Under the pieces are notes generated by a model. It had not been told where the DNA came from. It saw only the letters and a program-made list of their open reading frames with translations, and did not search any database. Of a stretch of DNA of 64,000 nucleotides, positions 1 through 13,311 are shown in pieces. How positions within the stretch are numbered: the first letter of the stretch is position 1; each line of letters begins with the position of its first letter. The position numbers and the translations under genes were made by a program. Source of the stretch: Octopus sinensis (taxonomy: Eukaryota); contig NC_042997.1 of assembly GCF_006345805.1 (NCBI RefSeq), forward strand, positions 203,174,001-203,238,000. Direction: 5' to 3'.

Positions 1-74
1 TATTTTAGAGCATAGCAATCAAACCCAACAACCCATTTGATCAATTTTAGATATCAAATGTTCACTAAAAGTAT

Positions 75-250
75 TCAAAGAGGTCAAGAGAGAGACAGAG
101 GCAAATAGAGAATGAAACGGATGAAGAGAGACAGAGAGATAGATGGAGAGAGAGAGACAGATGGAGAGAGAGAGAGAGAGGGACAGAGAGAGAGACAGAC
201 AGACAGATAAAGAAAGAGACATAGAGAGAAACAGAGATAGAGAAAAAGAC

Positions 251-287
<37 letters not shown>

Positions 288-336
288 AAGAAAGAGATAT
301 AGAGAAACAGAGGTAGAGAAAAAGACAGAGAAATAA

Positions 337-372
<36 letters not shown>
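75..372. repeat. Compound (AG)n/(AGAC)n microsatellite
   Basis: Directly visible; it generates the spurious SL-rich ORFs. Confidence 0.95.
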
Positions 373-373
<1 letters not shown>

Positions 374-878
374 ACCTCTCAAAGAACTTAACTGTATTAG
401 ATATGATGCTCGAGATAAGCAATTTTCAAAAATATTTGCCAACAAATTTTCTAACCACTTTGGGATGTTCATTTCTGAACTGCTTTACTGATTTAATACA
501 CGTTTTCAAAATAAATTTGATAGTAGTTCTCATGTAGACATGTGTGAATAGTTGGGAAGAAGTGATGAAGTCAGATGTCAGCATACCAAACCACTAAAAA
601 ATTTGGATGATAACAGATCTGAGATGAAGTGGATAGCATGCTGTATGACAGACATATCTCACACTCCTGCCAATACAAAGAAATGAATATTAACATGATG
701 ATGACGATGATGATCTTATCCTCCATCAAACCACAACCACTCAACTTGAAATGGTACTAATACAAGATTAATGTGTTTACTTAAGAAACATGTGAATTGA
801 CAATAGCAGAGTTTTACATTATATTATTTGGTTCAGACATTAGGTCTACGTACATCAATATGTCTAATTATATAAGAA

Positions 879-1290
879 GAGGCATGGCTGTGTGGTGAAG
901 AAATACGCTTCCCAACCACATGGTTTGTGGGTTCAGTCTCACTGTATAGTACCTTGGGCAAGTGTCTTCCATTTCTCCAGGCTAACCAAAGCCTTTGTGT
1001 GGATTTGGTAGATGGAAACTGAAACATGCCAGTCGTGTGTGTGTGTGTGTGTGTGTCTTAGCATCATGGGATTGATATGAGTATCCCTATCATGCAAAGT
1101 ATCTTATTTCCAATCTTCCATAGAAACATGACTGGCCATGGGGAAAATATCACTTTGCTTGTAAACAAGTTGGGGGTCAATGGCATGAAGGGCTTTATGT
1201 CCTTTGTGTCATCAACCTAGAAAAATCTGTCTCCACAGATTCTATTGACCCATGAAACTATGAAAATGTAAATGTTAAAACAATGATGAT
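879..1290 (+). mobile_element. SINE family A head with RTE-type tail
   Basis: GGCTGTGTGGT..CCCAACCACATGG..GGTTCAGTCTC head, (GT)n, then a ..TTTCCAATCTTCCA..AATGATGAT tail. Confidence 0.7.
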
Positions 1291-2956
1291 TGTGATGAGA
1301 ATACACATCTCTAGAAATACTGAACACTATTAATAAATGTTTGAGTAAGCAGCTGGATGTGTCTGTAATTCAGAAAGTACAGCCTTGTCACACTGGTTCT
1401 GCCTGAAAATTACATTAAGAGTTTACATGTCTGTGGAATACTCAGGCACTTGTAAGTTAAGGCACTAGTCAGTTTGAGAAGACACCTGTTCACAATGACA
1501 CGTCATCAACAGAATCATAAGCCATGATGTTATGAAAGAAACTTCGCCACATTACAGTGATGCTAAAGAAAAACCTCCCAAATATTGGTTTATCAAGAAT
1601 AGTAAATATGGAGGGGTTTTTGGCTGCACCCTGAATCTTACTTACCTGGAAATTAAAGGAAAACCCTTTTCTAAAAATCAGAACACAATGTTTTCAATAG
1701 GAAAAAAAGAAAATGCATTTTTAAATGTTTTTTTTTCCCCCAACAATTATCTTCTGGCATTAAAATATTAATTTTTTGGAACATAATAGGATTTATGCTA
1801 CAAATTAATTATATTAAGGAAGTAGTATCAGTTCAGTAAAGTTAATGATGGATTAGAAGATGCAACAAAGAACAAGTTCCTTGGAGGGATGTAGCACAAA
1901 CAGTAAAACTGAAGGTGGTGGAAAAGAAAACAATATTCTTAAAAAAAAAAATTTTTTTTTTTAAACTATTTCTTTAGCTCTTAGTTACCATGTAACACAC
2001 AAGCAAAATTTGGCTTTAATAGCATCAGCAAAATCATTAATCAATACATATGTAGTTGGTGTTATTAGTCCTAAATTGGCTCTTCAGAGCAAAAGCACTG
2101 AAGCCAGAAATAAGAGTACTTTTCAGGAAGTGTATCTGGATTACATTATCCAATATATAATTCTTTAAAACAGTAGGGTGATATTTGAGGGAGATTTGAC
2201 TGCTGGTTTTAGCAAGAAGAGTATAGAAACTCCCTCATTAGCTGCCTCAGGATATCTAATAATTCTCTAGTTTGCAAAAGGAGAACAAATATTTAATGTA
2301 ATTAAATATAATATTTAGAGAAATTAATCACATAAAGTTAATGAATAAATAAAATTGATATTTAACTGAAAAACTATTTGGAAAACTCAAAATGTTTCAG
2401 AAATGAATTTTATCATTGGCAAACTCTTCTCAGTCTGCAGTATTGTCACTAATCCTTTTGCAGCTATTTATTTGCAGCTTAAAAATTCATAAATCATTTT
2501 ATGGAAGCTGATTTTTGTTATAAATTACTTGAGATATCAACACAGCATCTTTACAGTTACAGATGGTTGGCATCAATGCTTCAACGCAGCTTTCTGTAAC
2601 CAAGACTTGTTAATTTCTTTCATGAATATTCTTATCAGTAGACTGTCCCCATGTATTTCAAATTTATTTTCAATATAACCAAAACTTTACTGTGGCCTTA
2701 GTAAAATATCTACCTTTATCATTATTTAGCATCAATTTTTCCATGGTTGCATGGGTCAGACAAATTTTGTTGAGACAGGTTTTCTACAACCAGATACTCT
2801 TCCTGTTTCCAAGCAAAGTAACAGTTCCCCATGGCCAGAATGGTTTTCATGGAAGACTGAAAACAAACATTGCTTGTATGATGGTGATCCCATTTACAAC
2901 CAACATGTGCCCTCAAGTCAAAGGTACACACCAATACACATAAACAAATATGTATA

Positions 2957-3851
2957 TGAGGTGGTGTCAAAAGGTTCCTGGACTAGTTATGTTTGATAAC
3001 GAATAACTTATTTACCTTCAAAATAGTCACTTTATGCAGTGATATACAGGTCCTAGCATTCCTGCCACTTTTGGAATCCAGCTTGGAAGTCGTTTTCCGT
3101 AAGTGAGTCAAAAGACCTTCTGCAAATCGCTCTTGATCTCGACAAGGGTGTGAAAACAGCAACCTTTGAACTGCATTCTCATCTTGGGGAAGAGATTGAA
3201 GTCGGCAGGTGCTCAATCTGGCAAATAGGGCAGGTATGGAAGTGATACCATGTTGTTTTTGGCAAGAAACTCACAAGTGAGGAGAGTTCGGTGACAGGGT
3301 GCATTGTCATCATGAAGAATCCAATTCTTTGTGCTCTACAGATCCAGTTGCTTTTGCCGAATGTCCTCCCTCAAACCCTTCAAAACTTTGAAGTAAAACT
3401 CTTAATGGACAGCCTGGCCCAGTGAGAGGAATTTTCAATGTACAATACTGTGGATGTCAAAAAAACAATGAACATGCTCTTGACTGAGCTGTGGCTCTGT
3501 TGTGCCTTTTGAAGCACCCATATCACTTGAAACACTGCATATGACCCACTGCCTTGATACTGTAAGCTTGCCAAAGCATGTTCAATGTCTGTGTAGCAGA
3601 TTTCCTAAGTTTAATGCAGTATTTCACACTGGTTCTTTGTTCCAACTTCCAGTCCATGACAAAAATCGCAGACTACTGCATACATGTGATTGCAAAAATA
3701 CAAATTTTGCAACTTACAATGTAAACAGAGCGATGTCACTCAGCAGACTGCCTCATGAAGGTCATTACTAGCTCTCACTGTGCACACAGCTATGTACTAC
3801 CATCTGTTGGTGCACTGCTGAACTAGATCGGAACTTTTTGATACCACCTCA
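2957..3851 (-). mobile_element. Internally deleted mariner (895 bp)
   Basis: Imperfect TIRs TGAGGTGGTGTCAAAAGGTTCC / TGAGGTGGTATCAAAAAGTTCC with TA on both flanks. Minus-strand remnants include ILHDDNAPCH, PYLPDxAPADFNLFPKM and FQKWQEC..SDYFEG. Confidence 0.85.
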
Positions 3852-4383
3852 TATATGTACAATGAAAGGTTTCTTCCAGTTTCCATCTGCCAAATCCACT
3901 CACAAGACTGGTCGGCCTGGGGATATAGTAGAAGACACTTGTCCAAGATTCTACACAATGAGACTGATCCCAAGACCAGATAGTCAAGAAACAAGCTTAT
4001 ATTAGAGGGTGATGACCACTCATTGAGATTTTACTTTCAAACGTTAATGTATTAGCATGGGTGTTCTTATGCAGGTAAGTATTAAGTGTTGGAGAAGGCA
4101 AACATCAGGAAGCTTTTTTTCTCTCTTTTTTTTATCCAAAAGAATAAAGAAAAGAAATAAAAGTCCTTATAAGAACAATGAAATATTAAGTTTAAGTATA
4201 ATTTGGTAGAGCAAAATTTATTTCATTGTATTTAGCTAGTAGTAGCACGTGCATGAATATACTGACCAACAGTCATTTAAATTTAAGAACTTGACCTGCA
4301 AAAATTAACAATGCATTTCTCCAGAGAAGAACTTTGGAAGAGAGAGAGAGAGAAAGAAAGAAAGAGGAGAAGGGGACACTTAC

Positions 4384-4559
4384 TCGATCCTTGGCTGCCA
4401 GCAGCTGTTTGACCACTACTTTATCTGCAAGTAACAATACCCGGGTGATAGCTGATAAAAGCTGCCTTGCAGCTCGCACCATGGCTGTTTTTTCTTTGAT
4501 TGTCTTTGCATGTCCTGAGTTTCCATCAGGAGTAGCTGTCAACTTCTGGATGCTAACAC
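4384..4559 (-). CDS. CTNNAL1: Alpha-catulin coding exon (probable exon 3), 176 nt, phase 1 to phase 0
   Basis: Minus strand ...attaaatttcag|GTGTTAGC...GATCGA|gtaagtg, translating (G)VSIQKLTATPDGNSGHAKTIKEKTAMVRAARQLLSAITRVLLLADKVVVKQLLAAKDR. AARxLLSxxTRVLLLAD is a vinculin/catenin-family motif. G+GT completes the Gly codon from the upstream exon. Confidence 0.92.
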
Positions 4560-4834
4560 CTGAAATTTAATAGCAAAATAAGGAAAAACATTAAACACAG
4601 TTTACAATAATTAGGGAAAATTTAAAGATAACATTTAAAGCAATTTTTAAAAATAAATTTTGTTACTGAAAACAAAGTGTTATAAAACAAAGGATTGAGG
4701 ATTAAATTTTTCTATAATAGAAATAAAACTAAAAATATTAACATGAATTACTGAAGTGAGTACACGTCAATTTCTTGCTAACAGTGACTAATCAGCCACT
4801 CGACAGACAAAGGTAATTATAAAAAAATGCTTAA

Positions 4835-5018
4835 CCCTTTTCTTAGCATTTTTCTGTTGAAACATTCTGCCTTTATTTCAATTAATTTCAAAAACAATTA
4901 AAAATTTAATAAAGTAACCATCATTAAGTTGATGCTAGGAACATAAATTGAGATCACTTTAAAAAAAGTGTGTATTTATAGAACCAGGGTCAGTCTTAGA
5001 AGGGTTCGTATTAAAGGG
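4835..5018. mobile_element. PiggyBac-type MITE family P1 (related copies at about 28682-28875, 29845-30047, 42049-42203, 53691-53910, 62510-62712)
   Basis: TTAA|CCCTTT...AAAGGG|TTAA termini and a shared internal sequence (TTTCAATTAATTT..AAAATAA..CATTAAG.TG.TG..GGAACATAAATT) among copies. Confidence 0.72.
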
Positions 5019-6522
5019 TTAAAGAGGCATCAAGGTATATGAATTAACAGATTTCTTATAAAAGTAAAGCATTTAATCTTGCAATGAAAGAAATCCAGGG
5101 CTGACATCAAAGATAACAAATGCAAAGTCGTGGAGTTATAGCTAGGGGCAGTATTGCCTAAGAAGTTCACTTCACGACCACAGGGTCCCAGGTTCGATAT
5201 CACTGTGAGTGGTAACTTGGGCAAATGTCATTTTGTTTACCATCAAACCAACTCAAGTGAAACTGGGTAGACAGAAACTGTAGGTGAATTGTATGTGTAA
5301 TTCAAAAAGATATTGCCTTGTTGTACCTTGTGTCATGTTGATTCTGGCTAAGAATTACATAAAAGGCACCCATGCCTGCAGAATGATCAGCCACTTATAT
5401 GTCAATCCAAAAACAGGTAACTCAGTCAATTGAACAACTGAGAGCCACCACTAGCTATAAAGATAGCAAATGTCTTGTAACCCCTCCTCTCTTTCACATA
5501 CTCACTCTCTCTCTCTTTCTTTCTCTCTTTCTCTCTTTCATTCTCTGCTATAGAATATAGTCTAAAATGAAATGGTGATCAAAGCTTGGTAAGACAGTAA
5601 TATTTAACAGAAAATAATTTAACAGCTGAACAACTAGATTTGGTTTATGAAAAAATGTTGTTTAGCTACAGGTCAAACTTGACTGAGCAGTCATAACATG
5701 ATTTTTTATCTTTTACTGGTTTACTTGTTTTCTCTTTTATTTGTTTTACTTAAGCTGTGGCCATGCTGGGGCCTTGACCAGAAGTGCTCTGCTCAAAGAC
5801 ACAACATGCCGCCTGGTACATGAATCATGTGCACAACACCCTAACCACTAAGCCATGCACTTGCATACACACTATAAGAAATACACAATCATTATGCTTA
5901 CTAGGGAGTCTGAAGACAAAAATTCTTCAATGTCTCTAGCATGACTTTCATTCTCTTGCACATCTGTCACAGAATTACTGAGTTTTTATTATATATATAA
6001 AATAGGTAAGTTGCAGCTTACAGAATAAAAACTAAAGAAATTTAGCAAAAGAGGTTGGGTAAAATTTGATTCATATGATTTTAAAATATAATTAAGTTTA
6101 ACATATATATATATTTATTAAATTTGCAGATGGTGCCTTTTATTTTCTGTATCAATAACTATTCAATGAAATCAATAAGGTCATTAGAGGAATCCAATTC
6201 ACATTAATAAGCTAAAGTTCCTTTATTTAATGAATTAAAAGTTCATAGTCGGATGAATATTGCATTTAATTATTCTGTATGAATATAAAAATCATCTGAC
6301 AATGTATAAACATTTCATGCAAATTCAACTTAATTTCAATGCACCTCTTTCTTTTGACACTTCAACAAAATGAGAAAGCAGACATTTCAAAGAAATATTA
6401 TGTATTTATTCATTAGATGTTATATTTTCATTAGATGTTTATCATTTAAAATCAGAAACCATGATATTTTGATACTTCATTGACTAAATCGGTCTGTTTT
6501 ATGTTTCATATATTAAATATTT

Positions 6523-6882
6523 AGGTATAGCTGTGTGATTAAAACTTGCTTCCCAACCACAAGGCTTCAGGTTCAGTCTTATTGTATGGCAAGTTGGGAA
6601 AATTTCTTTTACTATAGACCTGGATCAACCAAAGCTTTGTGAGTGGATTTGGTAGAGAGAAACTGAAAGAATCTTGTCATGTGTGTGTGTGTGTGACCAT
6701 TGTTTGACAACTGGTGTTGGAGAGTTTACATCCCCACGACTTAGTGGTTCGGCAAAAGAGACTGATAAAATAAGTAACATGCTTAAAAAAAAAGTGCTGG
6801 CATAAATTCATTCACCTAAAATTCTTGAAGGTGGTGCCCCAGCATGGCCGCAGTCTAATGACTGAAACAGGTAAAAGATAGA
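6523..6882 (+). mobile_element. SINE family A
   Basis: Head, (GT)n and family-A tail ending GACTGAAACAGGTAAAAGA. Confidence 0.75.
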
Positions 6883-7594
6883 AGGTATATGTATGTTGTT
6901 GTCACCTTGTCTCAGTATTGAATGACAGTCGTAAACAAGTGGCAGCATCACACAAGCCGTGTCCATTTCCAATCTTCCATGAAAATATATCTAACCAGAG
7001 GGAAATATTCCCTTAATTGAAAACAGGTTAGGGTTGGCATTAGGAAGAACATCAAGACATAAAATATCTACCTCAATGAATTCCATTTGTCCCATGCTAG
7101 TATTGAAAAGTAGACATTGTGGTGGTGATACCACCACTACTACTACTGAAGCTTTCATACCAGAAACAAGCTGTTATGCTTCACTTTTGGTAATAGCTTT
7201 TTCAAATATACTTGTGTTACTATTTTGATATGTGGCAATATTATTAAAAATATAGTGTTGATATTAAAACTAAGATGCAATGAAAAGTTTATTCCAGCAA
7301 AGTTCTAAGATACTTGAGCATTCTTCCTTGCTTTTGAACAATTTGCAATGGAAATATACTAACAAAAGAGTTAAGGTTATTGAAGTCCTGTTAAATAAAG
7401 TGTGGAATTTGGCTGATAAACTTCATTCCATAAAAATCATTACTCATCTTTCCTTCATGTAAAATCATTCCCCAACCATCATTCCCATAAAATCACTGCT
7501 TTTAGACACAAAACATGTGACCGACCACAGATTTATGAAGTATTCCAATCTACCTTAACTTATTAGGAAGAAGAATAACAACTAAACTACACTA

Positions 7595-7815
7595 TTGTGT
7601 TGAGTCAAAAGTTTCGCAATATTTTGATAACTATTTGCTTTGTTTGTCAAAACAGCCAAGCATTCAAAGTGGAGGCCACTGTATTGCAGCATCTGAAGCC
7701 ACTTTTCTGCTAGTTCTTTGATCCCACACTGATACCAGTTCTTGTCCTTCAAGGTGAAGAACTCTTTCACTGAAGCTTCCACTTTCTCTTGCAAGAAATC
7801 AGCCATAGATCGGAA
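7595..7815 (-). mobile_element. Mariner 3'-end relic
   Basis: Minus [51 protein letters not shown] resembles a mariner C-terminus. It ends in a TIR-like TA-TTGTGTTGAGTCAAAAGTTTCGCAAT. Confidence 0.7.
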
Positions 7816-7830
7816 ATCAAATATTTTCAT

Positions 7831-7951
<121 letters not shown>

Positions 7952-9374
7952 AAGCTTTCATTCTGATGGTTTAATCAAAATAAATACCATCAATATTCTC
8001 TATGCGATGAAAAACAAACTTGCACAAATCTTATATATATGTAGTTGTTCTTACATCCCTTTTTTCATGCTGGCATGGGTTAGGTAAAATTTGTTGAGAG
8101 ATTTTGTGACTGAATGTCCTCATCAATCTTTTATTGATTTTCAGAGTAAAGTATTTTCATTTCCAACATGGTCTCACCATTCTGAAAATGATGAAGCTGT
8201 TGAAATTGAGGGATATTTAGCTAACCAGAGAATGTAAACAATGACACTAAATTTGATGAAGCAGTGTTAATTAGAAGGTACACCCCGCTACACACACACC
8301 AGGCTCCCAGTTCCCCTCACAAGGCACTAGTTAGACCAAGGCTATAGGTGCCACACAGTTGGACAGAAACCAAAATTACATAGTTGCAAAGCAAACTTCA
8401 TAACACAATTGTGTGTGTTCATGTGTGTGGGTGGGTTTGTGTATGTGTGCATATGCATGTGGGCATAAAATAAAAGATGACCTGATTATGGTATAAAATG
8501 TTTTCTTTGACTGTATTTCATACAGAATTCTATATCAGATAATGTTTTAACGACTCCTAGCAAACTTCCATGTATGTCAAGCACCTACACATTATGGTGT
8601 GTTTGTGCTTTGTCAGAGCATATTCATAAATGTCTCAAATGTTAACTTTAAAAAAATATACAAATAAAAATGTTGCTAAAGTAAAAAAATTTAAGGAAGA
8701 GAAAAGAGTAAAATAAATTCATAGAAAATTAATCTCTTTTTTATTGTTATTTAATCAATATTTTTACATTTTAATGGCTGTTTTTTTAAAGTTTGCCTTT
8801 TTAGGACAGTATTTAGGTTATATGGCTAACAATGGTATGTGCTCATAAGCTATTTCCTGCATCTTTTCTACATCACTTATGTATGATTGTGTAGCATGAT
8901 TTGATAAACCTTCTCTAAAGGACACATATATTGATATAGCAAAAAGAGGCCCATATTTTAACATATCTATTCATTCTTAATTCATTCTGGCAAATTCAAA
9001 TGTGAATATCTGATCGCTGTTGTCTATTATCAATGGAGAACACCTCCTCCCTTGAGATGCTGTGTATTCATATCATGTGATTTGCTAGTGTAAATGAACT
9101 TTAAGACACTGCAGTGTTTTGACCTTATTGAATGCCTGCTCAGTCAAAACTACTCTGCCAGGCCACTGAATCTGACAAGAGCATAAGCTTTTGTTTACAG
9201 AAATTAGAAAACATGCTGTTGTGTGCTGATCTCAGCCAAACAGATAAATTTATGGGGATGCATGAAGATTCTCACTGTTCTGCATGCACCCCATAAATTA
9301 TAGTCCTATATTTTCATTTCACTGAAATGGCTTAAATATGTAATGAAAGCCTCACAGATCATGAACTAACTTAA

Positions 9375-9595
9375 CCCTTTAGTCTTCGCATTATTCTGCC
9401 AAATGAATGTTTTTTTATCTACATTGTTTTGAACTAATCATGCATTATCTTGTAGCTATGAGATTTTGATGGAGGTAGCTGTTAATTTTTAAAACGATAT
9501 TGTAGGGTTGGTGTGAGAGACCAGATCTGACCAGTTTGAACATAAAACAGGCAGAATACTTTTGGCCGGATATGGCCGGTTTAAATGCTAAAGAG
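9375..9595. mobile_element. PiggyBac-type MITE family P2 (related copies at 19025-19247 and 61136-61279)
   Basis: TTAA|CCCTTTAG...GCTAAAGAG|TTAA with a shared internal GAATTAATCATGCATTAT..GAACATAAAACAGG..GATATGGCC. Confidence 0.72.
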
Positions 9596-10784
9596 TTAAA
9601 GTTAAGTTTTAGTAGAATCATGAGTAAGAATACAAATAAAACACTGGGTATAATATCCCTCATAAATAGGTTTTGTAACAGAAGATTAATTAGTGGTGCA
9701 TTAAGAATAGGAAACTATCAAGAGGATAATTTTGAAATCAAATCTATTTCCAATCACAAAGAGAAAAAAAATACCATGCATTAATGTAGTATTTGAAACC
9801 ATATCCAATGATATAAATCTCAGAACATCTTGGCTATTAAAGATAGTGTCTAATGTTTACATGAAAACAAGTCTAAATTTGAAGTAAACTCTACTCAAAA
9901 ACTGGTGCTTAAAACAAACAAGCAAAGGCAAAAAAAGAAGAACAACAAAAATGCCACTCGAACAAAGAAAAAAAAGCCCCTAAAAAGAAAGACAATGAGT
10001 GAAGGTAATGTTAATGGTGTTAGTAGAAGTAGTGTAATTGATTTTCTTCTAATGTTTCATGACACATTCCAATGGTGTACCCATGACAAAATAAATATTC
10101 TAATTTCCAGAACAGAAATTTCATTTCCAATCAATAAAGTAATCAAACCATAGTTCACTGTCAATGTTTCAATCTGATCTTTTTTTTTTTTTTTTTTCAT
10201 TTACTTTTCTATTTTCTTACTGACATGGATAGAATAGAAATTTTGCTTAGCAGATTTATTTTTGTATGGTTATAATACAACACTAGTACTAAAAAGATTA
10301 TCTGCCCAGACTTAAAGCCAACTTATAAAAGGTATCAGAGAAAAGCAAATACAGTGTCAATGTGTCAATCGAATTAGTTTCTTTTACTCCATTCTACATA
10401 GTAAAGAAACCCATGAGGAGAAAATATAATTCAGCAATTCAGCCATAGACTGAACATTTTAGTGTAAATAATTATTCAAAAGGAAAACATCTAAAAATGT
10501 CACCTATTTACAATAACCTTAAAAATAGGCTCAGGCAAGGCTGTGTGTGTGTGTGTGTGTGCGTTTAAGAAGACAGTTTCCCAACCACATGGTTCCAAGT
10601 TCAGTCGCATTGTACAGTGCCAAGTGTAGGGTCTTGCAAGTGAATTTAGGAGATTGAAATGGAGAGAAGTCTTGCGCATGCATGTGTGTGTGTGTGTGTG
10701 TGTGCATTTTTTGCACTATAAAAGTTGAATGTTTTGTTGTTGCTTCTTTTTATCTCTACAAGAACTTGCAAATGTTGCATGTAA

Positions 10785-11300
10785 AAGGACATAGCTGTGG
10801 TCAAGAAGTTTACTTCCAACCACATGGTTTTGTGTCCAGTCTCACTGTGTGACACCTTAGGCAAGTGTCTTCAACTATAACCCCAGGCAGACCAAAGCTT
10901 TCTGGGTAGATATAGATTTCCTAGGCAAAAATTGAAAAAGCCTATTGTGTGCGAGAGAGAGAGAGAGTGTGTGTGAGAGAGAGAGAGAGAGTGAGAGAGA
11001 GAGAAAGAGAGAGAGAGAATGAGAGAGAGAGAATGAGAGAGAGAGAGAGAGAGAGAGGGGAGAGAGAGAGAGTCCTCATCACATGATGGTTATAAATAAG
11101 CATCACCATCATACCAGTGATGTTTGTTTCCAATCTTCCACGGAAACATGTCTCACTATGAAGAGATATTACTACATTTGGAAGCAAGTGAGGGTTAGCA
11201 ACAGGAAGAGCATCCAGCCACAGAAAAATCTGCCTCAACAAACTTCATGCAACCCATGCAAGCATGGAAAAGTGGATGTTTAACACAATGATGCAGATAT
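10785..11300 (+). mobile_element. SINE family A head, (GA)n and RTE-type tail
   Basis: Head at 10785-10940, GA microsatellite, and tail ..GGAAGAGCATCCAGCC..GCATGGAAAAGTGGATGTTTAACACAATGATG. Confidence 0.7.
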
Positions 11301-11559
11301 CTTTCAATTAAGGTTTAATGCAAGATTTAATTAACCAATTATGATCATCTTGAAATAACTAGCACAATGACCTACTTCAGAAAACATTGAAGATCAACTA
11401 AAAACTATTGAAATCTTTTCTATAGATGAGCTTATAACCATTCTGGTCTACAGTAAGAAAGAAAATATCAGCAAGTATTACAATACATTCTCCCAAAATT
11501 ATTACAAATTAAAATTACTTGCAATATTTACACACACACACACAAAGCATCAGGTTAAT

Positions 11560-11775
11560 ATTGGAGTACTGTAATTCCTCACTGTATCTCAGTTCCCCTA
11601 TCATGGTTTATTATTTAATTTTACGCCAATCCCTCTGTGGTGTTGTTTTGCATTTATAATAAAATATATACAAATTATAAAAATAATTATAAAAAATATA
11701 CAGTACTGTTTCTACTTCATGGATTTTCACCTATCATGAAGGTTGGAACATAACACCCGCAATAGTCAAGGGGTT
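11560..11775. mobile_element. Possible pogo/Tigger-like MITE relic
   Basis: Ends resemble ..GTAATTCCTC..TATC and CCCGCAATAGTCAAGGGG. Heavily degenerate; assignment is from recall only. Confidence 0.3.
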
Positions 11776-12292
11776 TTTGATTTTAATTATTTTGTATTCC
11801 AAATACATTTTTCAAGTTTAACCATTTTCCCACTAAAATACACAAAACAAAAAGCATTATGTATTTCATAAAACCTTAAGGGTACATTAAAAGGAAAACT
11901 TTAAGACCCCACCCACACACACTCAAAAAACAATGAAACATTTTGAAGATTATAGGAAAATTTAGACAAAAATTTCTCCAACCAATTTTTCATATTTTAA
12001 ATGAAAAATCAGAGAATTTGATAACCGTAGGCAATTTAGATTCTTTGAAGTTTCATTGAGATAAAAGAAAGAATTAATAATTCTATATTTTGTTCAGTTA
12101 GAATAAGTTAATGCAAAGAAAATATATTTTTGTTTTGTGAATAGTGAAATTACAGTTAGTTTATACTTTGCAGACTAGAAAAATGCACAAAGAATTTATT
12201 GTATACAGTACTCAGGTGCACCATATCTCTTCAAAATCATATTTCATCTTTCAACTGATAAAATGCCATTATTAACAAACATAACAAGCCAA

Positions 12293-12652
12293 GGCACAGG
12301 TATGGCTGTGTGGTTAAGAAGCCCATTTTGCAACTAAACACATGTCAGGTAAAAGTTTTCTGAAAGAGCACCAGGCTGACCAATGCATTGTCAGTGAATT
12401 TGGTAGACAGAAACTGTGAGGAAACCTGTCATGTATGTATGTGTGTGTTTGTGTACATTTGTGTGTCTTTGTCCCCATCACCATCACCCACTGCTTGACA
12501 ACTGGTGTCGGTTTATTTACATCCCCCATAACTTAGCAATATGGCAAAAGAGACCGAAAGAACGAGGTACTGAAGTTGGTTTCTTCGACTAAACCCTTTA
12601 AGGTAGCACCCCAGCAGTGCTGCAGTCCAATGACTGAAACAAGTAAAAGATA
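12293..12652 (+). mobile_element. SINE family A (diverged)
   Basis: Degenerate head and family-A tail ending GACTGAAACAAGTAAAAGA. Confidence 0.7.
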
Positions 12653-13083
12653 GATTTCTAATGGAAATAAACTCTCAAAGAAGATGGTGTTTATTACAGA
12701 TCCCTTATATTTACTCACTTTGGTAGCACCGATAAGAAAATGTGATCCAATAGATGAAAACAGAGGTGTACAAAGATATCTCAAATGAAATAACATTTTG
12801 CTGATAGGATGAATAAGAAAACAAGTATAAGGAAACTATTCTATAAGCATTAAGCATATAAAGAGACTCTAAATAGCTGAATTGTAAATGCTTGCATCAG
12901 TAAGTTGTTGATTGTGAATTCAAAAGAAGCAATCACAGTTCTAAAACTTATAGTTCAATAATCATATGATTGCTCAAAAGTCTGTCCTTCTAAAAAATTT
13001 TTTTTAAATCCTATTAAACTTTACAAAAAACTTGTTCTACTAGAAAATAAACAATACTAAATACTGTGTGTGTGTATGTATAG

Positions 13084-13311
13084 GCGGAGAGCTGGCAGAA
13101 ACGTTAGCATGCCGGGCGAAATGCTTAATGGTATTTCGCTTGTCATTACGTTGTGAGTTCAAATTCCGCCGAGGTTGACTTTGCCTTTCATCCTTTCGGG
13201 GTCGATAAATCAAGTACCAGTTACACACTGGGGTCGATGTAATCGACTTAATACCTATGTCTGTCCTTGTTTGTCCCCTCTATGTTTAGCCCCTTGTGGG
13301 TAATAAAGAAA
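13084..13311 (+). mobile_element. SINE family B (Meta/Sauria-domain-like)
   Basis: tRNA-like head ..GAGTTCAAATTCC.., core GACTTTGCCTTTCATCCTTTCGGGGTCGATAAATCAAGTACCAG and a 9-bp TSD TATGTATAG (13075-13083, 13312-13320). The domain name is from recall. Confidence 0.78.

Noticed and set aside
19-472. SL-, CV-, HT- and YI-rich ORFs here and at 7742-7974, 10942-11241, 20665-21133, 37140-37614, 39902-40534 and 63134-63632
   Set aside because: These are translations of dinucleotide microsatellites with no splice or homology support.
4072-4080. Plus-strand CAG|GTAAGT
   Set aside because: Antisense to the gene, with a weak pyrimidine tract and no partner exon.
1-4383. Next alpha-catulin exon (FSQFG..GDRQ-like)
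   Set aside because: No matching frame with splice sites was seen; it is presumably outside the window.
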